A stretch of 64,000 nt of DNA from Flavobacteriales bacterium (GTDB taxonomy: Bacteria > Bacteroidota > Bacteroidia > NS11-12g > UBA955). The translations under genes were made by a program, and so were the position numbers. Shown here piece after piece: positions 44,620-54,036 of this stretch (the stretch's first letter is position 1; every line of letters starts with the position of its first letter). The stretch is from the NCBI GenBank assembly GCA_024643755.1, contig JAHEMG010000012.1:4574-68573 (forward strand). Direction: 5' to 3'. The notes under the pieces are model-generated. The model was not told the origin of the DNA and made no database searches. It worked only from the letters and a program-made list of their open reading frames with translations.

Positions 44620-45816
44620 ATGAAAACTAAACAACTAACGGGTATCATTTTGGCTGGTGTAACTGGCTTGGTGATGATGGGAATGGTGGCTTGTGATGGA
44701 GACAATACGGTTACGGGTTCTGTGTTAAAATCGCCCAATTTGGTTGGTGCGGATTTTGACTATGAGCGGTCATTGACGGGAAGTGGGGATTATTTGAATG
44801 TCAAAGATTTGTTGAAGGACAAGGCATTTAGAAATGGCTTTGGTTTCCCGAATACGGGGAATGAGGATTTGGATATGCAGGAGGCGGCGAATACGTTCAG
44901 CAATGCGAGTGCGAAGTTGGGTCGTATTTTGTTTTACGACAAGCGCATGAGTTTGAACAACACAGTGGCTTGCGGAAGCTGTCACCATCAGTCGTTGGGT
45001 TTCAGCGATCGAATGTCGGTAAGTGTCGGCTTCGGCGGCAGAACCACTCACCGAAACAGCATGAGTATCAACAACCCTGTTACGTTTAACAATTTGTTTT
45101 GGGATTCACGCGCACAGTCTCCGATGGATTTGAGTTTGCGTCCGGTATTCGACCACATTGAGATGGGTATGGAATCGGATGAGATGTTGGAGAAGAAGTT
45201 GGCGGCAACAGACTATTATGGTGCGTTGTTCCAGGAGGCGTTTGGTTCTAAGGAGGTTACTCGTAGAAAGGTTTCATTGGCGATTACGCATTTTGTGAGT
45301 TCTATGGTTTCTATGAATTCGAAGAACGACAAGGTAGCATCGGGTACGGCGCAGTTTACGGCGATGGAGAAGATGGGTAGGGATTTGTTTTTCTCTGACA
45401 GAGCGGGATGTTTCAATTGTCACGCCGGCAGCAATTTCAGCGCACCGGATCAGCCAGGTGGGTTATACAGTGCACCAACGGTTGCGGGTACTGCCAACAT
45501 TGGTTTGGATAGAACTTATACCGACAATGGCAAGGGCAACGGAAAGTTCCGTATTCCAAGTTTGCGTAACATTGAGTTGAGTGCTCCTTATATGCACGAT
45601 GGTAGGTTTGCGACATTGGACGCGGTGATTGATCATTACAGTCGTGGTATTCAGGCACATCCGCATTTGGATGGTCTTTTGAAGGACAACAACGGACAGC
45701 CGAAACGCATGAATTTTAGTGCTGAGGAGAAGGATGCATTGATTGCATTTTTGCGTACGTTGACAGACGTGTCGTTCATTTCTGAGCCAAAGTATTCAGA
45801 TCCATTTGCCAATTAA
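44620..45816 (+). CDS. di-heme cytochrome c peroxidase (CCP/MauG family) lipoprotein
   Basis: Lipobox MGMVAC. Two CxxCH sites (CGSCHH, CFNCHA). FRIPSLRNIELSAPYMHDG is typical of CCPs. Confidence 0.9.
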   Translation: MKTKQLTGIILAGVTGLVMMGMVACDGDNTVTGSVLKSPNLVGADFDYERSLTGSGDYLNVKDLLKDKAFRNGFGFPNTGNEDLDMQEAANTFSNASAKLGRILFYDKRMSLNNTVACGSCHHQSLGFSDRMSVSVGFGGRTTHRNSMSINNPVTFNNLFWDSRAQSPMDLSLRPVFDHIEMGMESDEMLEKKLAATDYYGALFQEAFGSKEVTRRKVSLAITHFVSSMVSMNSKNDKVASGTAQFTAMEKMGRDLFFSDRAGCFNCHAGSNFSAPDQPGGLYSAPTVAGTANIGLDRTYTDNGKGNGKFRIPSLRNIELSAPYMHDGRFATLDAVIDHYSRGIQAHPHLDGLLKDNNGQPKRMNFSAEEKDALIAFLRTLTDVSFISEPKYSDPFAN

Positions 45817-45858
45817 GGTTCCTTTGGGTGAGTCTCGGGGAAAATTGGAATTCATTGT

Positions 45859-46914
45859 ATGTTAGATAACAGCGAGAATCCGCTCACGGTATTGATACCG
45901 TCGGGTGCGGGTGCTCCAGGATTTGCGGGGATTGTTCGCTGTTTGCGCGCGGAATCTGCTTGGCGGATTGTGGCGGGGGATGTAAATGAATATGCTTACG
46001 GAAAATCTTTGTGTGATGCTTTTGAGGTTATTTCGGGTAGCGACAAGGAGGAGGCGTATTTATTGGATGTGAAGGCGATGGTGGAGAAGTATGCGGTGGG
46101 GGTGATATTGCCGATTACTACGCGGGAGTTGGGTATATTATCGAGGCGAAAGGAAGAATTTGCGCAGCTGGGTGTGCGGGTGGTGGTGAGTGGTGCGGAA
46201 GCCATTGCGGTGGCGAATAATAAGGGATTAACGGCGGGGGTGGCAGCGGCGTTGGGCTTGCCGGTACCGGAATATGCGGTTTGTGGGGATTTGAACAGTT
46301 TTTTGACGGCGGTGAGGGATTTGCAGGAGCGACATGCACGTGTTTGTTTCAAGCCGGTTGAGGGGAACGGGAGTCGGGGTTTTGGGATTGTGGTGAAGGA
46401 CATTGAACGCGGTGCGTTTATGTCGGGCAAGGCCGGAATTATGCCATTGACTTTGGAGGAGTGGGCGTTGCGAATGAGCGAGCGTTTTGAGGTGCCGTTG
46501 ATGGTAAGTGCGTATTTGGAGGGGGTAGAATATTCTGTAGATATGTTGTGTGAGGGGGGCAAGACGTTGTTTTGTGTACCGAGGACACGGGATAAAATGA
46601 TTGGCGGTATCAGTGTGGCGGGTAGGTTGGACAGGAATTTTGGGTTGATTGCTTTTTGTATAAGGTTGGCCCAAGCGATGGAGCTGGACGGTGCGATAGG
46701 GATGCAGTGGAAGGAGGATGGGGCGGGTGTTCCGCATTTGTTGGAGATTAATCCGAGGTTGCAGGGTACTACATCGGCGTTGGCATTGGCGGGATTGAAT
46801 TTGCCGGTACAGGCGGTGCGGTTGGCGATGGGGATGGGACTGACGCAGGGTACGGCGGACATTGCTTGGGGCGAGCGTTTTGTGCGATTTTGGGACGAGC
46901 GGTTGTTGGAATAA
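45859..46914 (+). CDS. ATP-grasp domain protein
   Basis: 351 aa. Pre-ATP-grasp Rossmann-like N-terminus, KPVEGNGSRGFGIV, and LLEINPRLQGT (ATP-grasp C-terminal motif). Confidence 0.75.
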   Translation: MLDNSENPLTVLIPSGAGAPGFAGIVRCLRAESAWRIVAGDVNEYAYGKSLCDAFEVISGSDKEEAYLLDVKAMVEKYAVGVILPITTRELGILSRRKEEFAQLGVRVVVSGAEAIAVANNKGLTAGVAAALGLPVPEYAVCGDLNSFLTAVRDLQERHARVCFKPVEGNGSRGFGIVVKDIERGAFMSGKAGIMPLTLEEWALRMSERFEVPLMVSAYLEGVEYSVDMLCEGGKTLFCVPRTRDKMIGGISVAGRLDRNFGLIAFCIRLAQAMELDGAIGMQWKEDGAGVPHLLEINPRLQGTTSALALAGLNLPVQAVRLAMGMGLTQGTADIAWGERFVRFWDERLLE

Positions 46915-46960
46915 AATTCTGCTTTGGTAGTTTTGTGAATCTCAGTATCTTCGCAACATT

Positions 46961-47116
46961 ATGAATACTCAAAAGCGTAACACCAAAGGCTACTGGGCAC
47001 TCACTGTGATCAGTGGTTTGGCACTTACTTACTGTACGATTTTTCAACCTGAGGCATTTTGGTTGGGTTTGCCTACCTTTTTTGGTGGCATCGCCATGGC
47101 CATGGATTGGGTTTAA
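46961..47116 (+). CDS. small hydrophobic (two-TM) protein
   Basis: 51-aa ORF below the track cutoff, read by hand: MNTQKRNTKGYWALTVISGLALTYCTIFQPEAFWLGLPTFFGGIAMAMDWV. Preceded by the TATCTTCG box at 46946..46953, 7 nt upstream. Confidence 0.35.
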   Translation: MNTQKRNTKGYWALTVISGLALTYCTIFQPEAFWLGLPTFFGGIAMAMDWV

Positions 47117-47185
47117 TCCACGCTTATTTAGATAATCTTCACTCATGGAGTCAAAGTGCTCCATAATTTCATTTATTTGCATACG

Positions 47186-48148
47186 ATGGCAAATCAGAAT
47201 TGGTTCGATTTCGAAAAAGACATAGTAGAGTTGATGGAACAACTCGAAAAAGCCAAGGACACCCACGAAAAGGGCAAATTGGACATGACAGACATGATGG
47301 CCACCTTGGAGAACAAGATTGAGGAGGCGAAGCAGTCTGTGTATGGCAACTTAACGGGTTGGCAGAAGGTGCAAATTTCTCGGCACCCTGACCGTCCGTA
47401 CACCTTGGATTACATTGAGAATATAGCTACGGATTTCATCGAGTTACATGGCGACAGGCAGGTGAAGGACGATAAGGCGATTGTGGGTGGTTTTGCGAAT
47501 ATTGATGGCAAGCCGTTCATGATTATCGGACAGCAGAAGGGCAGGAACACGAAGCAGCGACAGATGAGAAACTTCGGGATGCCGAATCCTGAGGGGTATA
47601 GAAAGGCGTTGCGATTGATGAAGTTGGCGGAGAAGTTCAACGTGCCGATTTTGACGTTGATTGATACACCGGGTGCTTCACCGGGTTTGGAGGCAGAGGA
47701 GCGCGGACAGGGAGAGGCGATTGCCCGAAACTTGTTGGAGATGAGTGTATTGAAGGTGCCTGTAATTTGTGTCGTGATTGGCGAAGGTGCCAGCGGCGGT
47801 GCATTGGGTATTGGTGTGGGAGATCGGGTTTTGATGATGGAGTACACTTGGTACAGTGTCATTAGTCCGGAAAGTTGTTCTAGCATTTTGTGGCGCACTT
47901 GGGAGATGAAGGAGCGTGCGGCAGAGGCATTGAAGTTGTCGGCCACAGACATGTTGGAAAATCGTTTGGTGGATGGTATTGTGGGCGAGCCTTTGGGCGG
48001 TGCACATCACGATCCGCAGGCGGCATACAGTTCGTTGAAGGAAGCGGTATTGCGTTGTTTGGATGAGTTGGCGGGGATGGATGCGGAGGACAGAATTCAG
48101 CAGCGGATTGCGAAGTTTTCGGCGATGGGTGTGGTTGTGGACGCCTAA
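47186..48148 (+). CDS. accA: acetyl-CoA carboxylase carboxyltransferase alpha subunit
   Basis: Start moved to 47186 ([16 protein letters not shown]). [32 protein letters not shown] and [10 protein letters not shown] motifs. Confidence 0.95.
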   Translation: MANQNWFDFEKDIVELMEQLEKAKDTHEKGKLDMTDMMATLENKIEEAKQSVYGNLTGWQKVQISRHPDRPYTLDYIENIATDFIELHGDRQVKDDKAIVGGFANIDGKPFMIIGQQKGRNTKQRQMRNFGMPNPEGYRKALRLMKLAEKFNVPILTLIDTPGASPGLEAEERGQGEAIARNLLEMSVLKVPVICVVIGEGASGGALGIGVGDRVLMMEYTWYSVISPESCSSILWRTWEMKERAAEALKLSATDMLENRLVDGIVGEPLGGAHHDPQAAYSSLKEAVLRCLDELAGMDAEDRIQQRIAKFSAMGVVVDA

Positions 48149-48177
48149 CTGGGGGACCACCAATAACAATCAGACCC

Positions 48178-49131
48178 ATGGAGGCGAAAAAGCGCATAAC
48201 CGAATTGTTCGGGATAGAGTACCCCATTGTACAGGGAGGGATGATATGGTGCAGTGGCTGGGAATTGGCGAGTGCGGTTTCCAACGCGGGCGGATTGGGG
48301 TTGATTGGCAGCGGGAGTATGTATCCCGAGGTATTGCGAGATCATATTAGAAAGTGCAAGCAGGCGACGGACAAGCCATTTGGGGTGAATGTGCCGTTGT
48401 TATATCCTGATATAGAGCAGCATTTGCAGATTTTGGTGGATGAGGGGGTGAAGATTGTGTTCACGAGTGCGGGCAATCCTGCGAAGTATACGGGGTGGTT
48501 GAAGGAGAGAGGGATGACGGTGGTGCATGTGGTGGCGAATACGAAGTTTGCAAAGAAGTGTGTGGATGCGGGGGTGGATGCGATTGTGGCGGAGGGATTT
48601 GAGGCGGGGGGACACAACGGGAGGGAGGAGACGACCACGATGTGTTTGATACCGATGATTGTTGATTGTGTAACGGTGCCGGTGATTGCTGCGGGCGGGA
48701 TTGGATGTGGAAGAACGATGGCTGCGGCGATGTGTTTGGGTGCTGCTGGTGTTCAGGTTGGAAGTCGGTTCGCCGCATCTACCGAGAGCAGTGCGCATGT
48801 GCATTTCAAGGCGCAGATTTTGGCGGCGGTGGAGGGTTCTACGGAGCTGACGTTGAAGGAGATCACGCCGGTGCGTTTGTTGAAGAATCCATTTTACGAG
48901 GCGGTGATGGCTGCTTATGAGGCCGGAGCGGATGCGGAGGCCTTAAAGTCTTTGCTGGGTAGGGGCCGAGCGAAGCGAGGCATGTTTGAAGGCGATATGG
49001 TGGAAGGGGAATTGGAGATCGGACAGATCAGTGCGCGTTTGGATCGCATGGAAACGGCGGCGGAGATTGTGGAGGATATGATGCGTGGTTACAAGGCCAT
49101 CGCAGAGAACAGTTCATTTTTTCAGTATTGA
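48178..49131 (+). CDS. fabK: enoyl-[acyl-carrier-protein] reductase FabK (NPD/nitronate monooxygenase family)
   Basis: ITELFGIEYPIVQGGMIWCSGWELASAVSNAGGLG, DKPFGVNV, AEGFEAGGH and VPVIAAGGI closely parallel streptococcal FabK as I recall it. Adjacent to accA. Confidence 0.75.
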   Translation: MEAKKRITELFGIEYPIVQGGMIWCSGWELASAVSNAGGLGLIGSGSMYPEVLRDHIRKCKQATDKPFGVNVPLLYPDIEQHLQILVDEGVKIVFTSAGNPAKYTGWLKERGMTVVHVVANTKFAKKCVDAGVDAIVAEGFEAGGHNGREETTTMCLIPMIVDCVTVPVIAAGGIGCGRTMAAAMCLGAAGVQVGSRFAASTESSAHVHFKAQILAAVEGSTELTLKEITPVRLLKNPFYEAVMAAYEAGADAEALKSLLGRGRAKRGMFEGDMVEGELEIGQISARLDRMETAAEIVEDMMRGYKAIAENSSFFQY

Positions 49132-49132
49132 T

Positions 49133-49678
49133 ATGGCTGAATCATCGAACCAACCTTGGAAGGTCATCTATTGTGCGAGCAGGCAAGAGAAGAAGGTATC
49201 GGCCTACTTATCGCAAAGAAATATCGAGTATTATTTGCCGTTGGTGAAATCGCTTCGGGTGTGGAGCGATCGCAAGAAATGGGTGGAGAAGCCATTGTTT
49301 AATGCGTATTTGTTTGTACGTCCAACGGAAGCCGAACGCGACCAAGTGTTGCAGGTGCCGGGTGCGGTGATGTATTTGCGGTATAATGGGAAAGATGCGA
49401 TTGTGCCCGACAAGGATATTGATTTGATCAAGCGGTTGATAGAGAAGGGGTATCAGGTGCAGCAGCAGGATGCCACGGTGCATTTGCAGCCGGGCGATTT
49501 GGCTGAGGTGCTAGACGGTCCATTCAAAGGTGAAGAGGTTGAGGTTCATTACCACGAGGATGAGGTGTATGTTTTGGTGTCGGTGGAAGGATTTTCTAAC
49601 AGTTATAAGGTGAATTTACCGCGGGAAGTGTTAAAATTGAAAACGAAAAGTAAACATCGCGACAAGTCATTATGGTAG
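49133..49678 (+). CDS. UpxY-family NusG-like transcription antiterminator
   Basis: Start moved to 49133 (MAESSNQPWKVIYCASRQEKKV). NGN domain (WSDRKKWVEKPLFNAYLFV) plus KOW (GDLAEVLDGPFKGEEVEV). The ATG lies 1 nt after the fabK stop. Confidence 0.8.
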   Translation: MAESSNQPWKVIYCASRQEKKVSAYLSQRNIEYYLPLVKSLRVWSDRKKWVEKPLFNAYLFVRPTEAERDQVLQVPGAVMYLRYNGKDAIVPDKDIDLIKRLIEKGYQVQQQDATVHLQPGDLAEVLDGPFKGEEVEVHYHEDEVYVLVSVEGFSNSYKVNLPREVLKLKTKSKHRDKSLW

Positions 49679-50304
49679 GAAACACAATATTATTGCTATC
49701 GCCGCACACAGATGATGCGGAATTGGGCTGTGGGGCTACCATTGCCAAGTTGGTATCGCAAGGAAAAACCGTGTATTATGCGGCTTTCAGTGCCTGCGAG
49801 CAGAGTGTGATTGAGGGTTTTCCGAAGGATGTGTTGATTCACGAGGTGAAAGAGGCCACAGCGGCGTTGGGCATCGCCCCGGATAATTTGTTTTTGTATC
49901 GCTATGAGGTGAGGACGTTCAACTACCGCAGGCAGGAGATTTTGGATGATTTGATCAAATTGCGCGAGGCGTTGAAGCCCGAAACGGTGTTGATGCCTTG
50001 TCTGCACGACATCCATCAGGACCACAAAACGATGGCGGAAGAGGCGTTGCGGGCGTTTAAGTTTTGCAATATTTTCTGTTATGAGTTGCCGTGGAACAAT
50101 TTGAATTTCAATACGGCGGCGTTTGAGGTGGTGTCTGAGGCGGATGCCCAGGCCAAGGTTACGGCGCTGTCGAAATACAAGAGTCAAGCCCACAGGCCTT
50201 ACGCGAACGAGGAATTTTTGCGGAGTCAGTTGAGGATGCGCGGGGTACAGGTATCTCGCAGATATGCGGAGGTGTTTGAGGTTGTACGGATGATTTCTGA
50301 ATAG
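49672..50304 (+). CDS. PIG-L/LmbE family de-N-acetylase
   Basis: LLLSPHTDDAELGCG and HQDH zinc-site motifs. 210 aa. The ATG overlaps the UpxY stop by 7 nt. Confidence 0.8.
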   Translation: MVGNTILLLSPHTDDAELGCGATIAKLVSQGKTVYYAAFSACEQSVIEGFPKDVLIHEVKEATAALGIAPDNLFLYRYEVRTFNYRRQEILDDLIKLREALKPETVLMPCLHDIHQDHKTMAEEALRAFKFCNIFCYELPWNNLNFNTAAFEVVSEADAQAKVTALSKYKSQAHRPYANEEFLRSQLRMRGVQVSRRYAEVFEVVRMISE

Positions 50305-50306
50305 CG

Positions 50307-52349
50307 ATGGCGGGGACAACGACAGACAATCGGTCGGTGGTTCGGGGTCCGCAGCAGTGGTTTTTTTATGGCGTTTTGGCGGTGGTTATTGTGGCCGCTG
50401 TATTTCGTTTTGGCTGGCTTTTGCACTTGCCATTGACAAACGATGAAACATCGGCGTTGATGCGTTTGCGGGTGTCGGGCTTGGATGTTTTGATCAACGA
50501 GGTGGTTTGGGGGGATGGACATCCGATGTTGGTGCAGGTATTTTTGTGGTATTGGACGAAGTGGTTTGGCACTGCGGTGTGGGTGGTAAAATTGCCCTTT
50601 TTGTTGTGTGGTTTTGGGTCGGTGGTGTTGATGATTCACGTTGGGATGCGGTTGGGCAGGCCTTGGGCGGGATTATTAGCGGCGGGCATGTTGGCTACCT
50701 TGCAATTTCCGGTGATGTACAGTGCCATTGCCAGGCCGTATGCGCCGGGGTTGTTGCTATCGCTATGGGCTTTTTACGTTTGGCTGCGATGGGTGGGGAT
50801 GTGTAGGGGCGATGCGCCGCGTTTGGGTGAGTTGCTGAAGCCGATGATTTTGTTGGCGTTGGCGGGGTATTTGGGGGCATCGAATCATTATTTCAATGGG
50901 TTGATATTGGCTTTGTTGTTTGTGGCGGGGTTGGTGTGGTTGCCGGTGCGGTATTGGTTGCGGTATTTGTGGCCATGGGTGTTGATGGCCGCGTTGTACG
51001 TGCATCAGTTGGGCATTTTTCTGCATCATTTGCAGGTGGGGAGTCCGGGATGGCTTGCGGTACCCACATGGGGTACTTTGTTGAAGCATGTTTTGTACAC
51101 GATGGGGTACAGTGTTTGGGTGTGGTTGCTGTGGCTGGTGGTGGGTGTGGTGTTGTTGGTGAGGCGCAAGTTTGAGGGGGGTGATGGTGCATCGGGGTGG
51201 GGATTTTTCACTGTGTTGGGGTTGTATTTGTTGCCGATGGGCATTGCGTTTGGGTATTCGGTTTTCCGTGCGCCGGTGTTTCAGGACTCGGTGATGTTGT
51301 TTTCGTTTCCTTTTGGGTTGTTGGCGGCGTTTTGGTGGGTAGATTCGGCGGTATTGGGAGCGCGGTGGAAGTCGGGTTTACTGGCATTGACGTTGGGTAT
51401 AAATGCGTACGTGTTGTTGGTTGATCGCAGACACGTGTCGCAGTTTGGCAACCAATCATACGATGCGGCGGTGCGGGTATTTCAGGAGTGGGGGGTTGGT
51501 GATGTGGTTGGGGCTCAGGATTCAGCGGAGATGTGGGTATATGGGTTTGAGCCATTTTTCATGGAATTTCATGCGGAGGCGTTGGGATGGGGTTTGGGTG
51601 ATTGGCAGAAACGGGGAGGCAAGGTGATTTATTTGCGGGAGGAGACCAATGATTACAGGGCTTTTCGCAGTCGCTTGCAGCAGGTTCTGGGCGATGATTT
51701 TTATTATGTAAACATGGTGGGGATGGATCCGATGCTGAGGGTTTGGATACAGGAAGCCTTTCCTTGTTTGGTGCGGGAGGCGATGGGTGCGGGTTATCAC
51801 GTGATGCATTTTAGGAGGTCGGGAAGGCCGAAGGGAGGGTGTATATCGCCCTTGTTGGGTGGTGTGCGTGTGTTTTGCGGGGGTGATTCGGGGTATTTGG
51901 CATCGCGGGCGCAGTATTTCCCGGTATGGTCGGTGGATTTGGATGGGCTGGGCGATCAGCGATATGCGTCGGAATTTGTGGCGGAGGCCGAGGTGGTGGT
52001 ATCGGACACGGTGTTGGGGAAGCAGGATTTGCGGTTGGCGATTTCGATAGCGGATGCAGAAGGACAGGTGGTGCGGTTTTTGGATCGCGGTTTGGGGGAT
52101 ATGGGGTATGCGTTGACGGCGGTTGAGGACAGGGGTGTGGGTAAGCGGTTGGTGAAGATGTATTTGGCGGGCAGGTTGGTGGATGTGCCTTGGGGGGCTT
52201 GGTTGAATCACGGTGTGGGTGGGGGATATCGGATGACGGTATTCATTGACAATGTGGGGCGGAATGAGGTGGCGTTACGCAGCTTGGGTTGTAGGTTTTG
52301 GCGGGGGAATGCGGCGGTATATGGCTTGGTGAATCCGAGTATTCCGTAA
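50307..52349 (+). CDS. GT-C fold membrane glycosyltransferase (ArnT/PMT_2-like) with unassigned C-terminal domain
   Basis: 680 aa. About 10 or more hydrophobic helices in the first ~400 aa. Acidic first-loop motif LTNDETS (D-E at 50442..50447). The C-terminal ~280 aa are soluble-looking and carry no motif I recognise. The ATG lies 2 nt after the PIG-L stop. Confidence 0.65.
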   Translation: MAGTTTDNRSVVRGPQQWFFYGVLAVVIVAAVFRFGWLLHLPLTNDETSALMRLRVSGLDVLINEVVWGDGHPMLVQVFLWYWTKWFGTAVWVVKLPFLLCGFGSVVLMIHVGMRLGRPWAGLLAAGMLATLQFPVMYSAIARPYAPGLLLSLWAFYVWLRWVGMCRGDAPRLGELLKPMILLALAGYLGASNHYFNGLILALLFVAGLVWLPVRYWLRYLWPWVLMAALYVHQLGIFLHHLQVGSPGWLAVPTWGTLLKHVLYTMGYSVWVWLLWLVVGVVLLVRRKFEGGDGASGWGFFTVLGLYLLPMGIAFGYSVFRAPVFQDSVMLFSFPFGLLAAFWWVDSAVLGARWKSGLLALTLGINAYVLLVDRRHVSQFGNQSYDAAVRVFQEWGVGDVVGAQDSAEMWVYGFEPFFMEFHAEALGWGLGDWQKRGGKVIYLREETNDYRAFRSRLQQVLGDDFYYVNMVGMDPMLRVWIQEAFPCLVREAMGAGYHVMHFRRSGRPKGGCISPLLGGVRVFCGGDSGYLASRAQYFPVWSVDLDGLGDQRYASEFVAEAEVVVSDTVLGKQDLRLAISIADAEGQVVRFLDRGLGDMGYALTAVEDRGVGKRLVKMYLAGRLVDVPWGAWLNHGVGGGYRMTVFIDNVGRNEVALRSLGCRFWRGNAAVYGLVNPSIP

Positions 52350-52421
52350 AAGTGGACAGTTTGCGGGTGTGGAAGGTGTAGGTTGGCGCGGAATGCGGTG
52401 AAATGATTAAATTCGCAACTC

Positions 52422-53744
52422 ATGGAAATCCTATCGCAATTGGTATTTGCCCTGATTTTGGGCGTGGGAGTTTGGATGTTTGCTGGACGAGTGCAGTTCA
52501 TCCGCAGGAATATTTTGTTGGGCAAGGACGTGGATTTGTCTGATAATCCCGCGGCGCGTTGGAAGCAGATGTTGTGGGTGGCGATGGGCCAGAGCAAGAT
52601 GGTTAAACGTCCGGTGGCCGGCTTTTTTCACATTTTGATTTACGCGGGCTTTGTATTGATCAACATTGAGGTTTTGGAGATATTGATTGACGGGTTGTTG
52701 GGCACGCACCGATTTTTTGCGCATTATTTGGGTTCTATTTACGACGTAGCGATTGGATTTTTTGAGGTTTTAGCTTTGGGTGTATTGGTGGCTTGTGTGG
52801 TGTTTTTGGGCAGGCGTTTTGTGACCAAGGTACCACGTTTGCAGATGAGTGAGTTGAAGGGATGGCCGATGAAGGATGCCACGATTATTTTGGTGGTAGA
52901 GATTGTGTTGATGGGGGCTTTGTTGAAGATGAATGCGGCTGAGCAGGTGTTGGTGAAGCGGGGGGAGATGGTGGGACATGGTAGTTTTCCGGTGAGTCAG
53001 TATTTGATTGGATTTTTTGATGGATTCAGTACTGGGTCTGTGCATATGATTGAGCGAATTTGTTGGTGGTTCCATTTTGTGGGGATTGTGGTGTTTTTGA
53101 ACTACGTGCCATACAGCAAGCATTGGCATATCATCATGAGTTTTCCGAATGTGTATTACACGCCATTGAAGCCGAAGGGTTCCTTCGAGAATTTGGATTA
53201 CGTTACTACCGAGGTTAAATTGATGATGGATCCGGCGGCTGCGCCGCCGGATGGATACGAACCCCCAACGGGTTTTGGTGCCAAGGACGTGCAGGATTTG
53301 AGCTGGAAAAATTTGATGGATGCATACACTTGCACGGAATGCGGTCGATGCAGCAGTGTTTGTCCGGCCAACCAAACCGGCAAATTGTTATCGCCCAGAA
53401 AGGTGATGATGGATACGAGAGACCGTTTGGAAGAGGTTGGTAATGGGATGGATGCAGCGAAGAAGGCCGGCAACCCGGTGGAGGGAAGGTTTGAGGATGG
53501 AAAGGATTTGCACAGCTATATTTCTACGGAAGAGTTGTGGGCCTGTACTACTTGTAATGCTTGTGCCGAGGCCTGTCCGGTCAACATCAACCCGGTGGAC
53601 ATCATCGTTCAGATGCGACAGTATCAGGTGATGGAGAAGAGCGCGGCGCCGAGTGAGTTAAACAACATGTTCACGAATTTGGAGAACAACGGGGCGCCTT
53701 GGCAGTTTAACCAGATGGACAAAGCCAATTGGGTTCAAGGTTGA
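52422..53744 (+). CDS. membrane-anchored di-[4Fe-4S] ferredoxin-type protein (HdrC/DsrMK-like)
   Basis: N-terminal ~250 aa with 5-6 TM helices. C-terminal CTECGRCSSVCP and CTTCNACAEACP cluster motifs. 440 aa. Confidence 0.8.
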   Translation: MEILSQLVFALILGVGVWMFAGRVQFIRRNILLGKDVDLSDNPAARWKQMLWVAMGQSKMVKRPVAGFFHILIYAGFVLINIEVLEILIDGLLGTHRFFAHYLGSIYDVAIGFFEVLALGVLVACVVFLGRRFVTKVPRLQMSELKGWPMKDATIILVVEIVLMGALLKMNAAEQVLVKRGEMVGHGSFPVSQYLIGFFDGFSTGSVHMIERICWWFHFVGIVVFLNYVPYSKHWHIIMSFPNVYYTPLKPKGSFENLDYVTTEVKLMMDPAAAPPDGYEPPTGFGAKDVQDLSWKNLMDAYTCTECGRCSSVCPANQTGKLLSPRKVMMDTRDRLEEVGNGMDAAKKAGNPVEGRFEDGKDLHSYISTEELWACTTCNACAEACPVNINPVDIIVQMRQYQVMEKSAAPSELNNMFTNLENNGAPWQFNQMDKANWVQG

Positions 53745-53809
53745 GTTATTGAAACGTGCTGGGATAACGGCATTATCGAAAAAAGGGTAAATCCCTCAGA
53801 GTTTTATCG

Positions 53810-53817
53810 TATTTTTG
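53810..53817 (+). promoter_or_regulatory. -7 promoter box (TATTTTTG) for tatA
   Basis: Perfect TAnnTTTG, 7 nt before the ATG at 53825. Confidence 0.45.
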
Positions 53818-53824
53818 AAGTGCG

Positions 53825-54034
53825 ATGAACACATTTCATTTATTATCCTTTTTGGGTGGCCAAGAAATGGTTATTCTTTTGGTGCTCGTTTTGTTGCTTT
53901 TCGGCGGCAAGAAGATTCCTGAGCTGATGCGCGGTTTGGGCCGTGGTGTTAGAGAATTTCAAGATGCCAAGAACAATGTTGGCAATGAGATTCGCAAAGG
54001 AATGAACGAGGAACCCAAAGAGAATAAGGAGTAA
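53825..54034 (+). CDS. tatA: twin-arginine translocase subunit TatA/E
   Basis: LGGQEMVILLVLVLLLFGGKKIPELMRGLGRGVREFQDA is the TatA TM helix plus amphipathic helix signature. 69 aa. Confidence 0.85.
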   Translation: MNTFHLLSFLGGQEMVILLVLVLLLFGGKKIPELMRGLGRGVREFQDAKNNVGNEIRKGMNEEPKENKE

Positions 54035-54036
54035 TC

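Noticed and set aside
45859-47116. The ATP-grasp enzyme plus the adjacent 51-aa ORF as a graspetide/microviridin-type RiPP pair
   Set aside because: The small ORF is a two-helix hydrophobic membrane peptide with its own promoter-like box. It lacks a Thr/Ser plus Asp/Glu-rich core or any leader-like region. The ATP-grasp protein looks like the carbamoyl-phosphate-synthase-like type found in sugar and amino-acid ligation.
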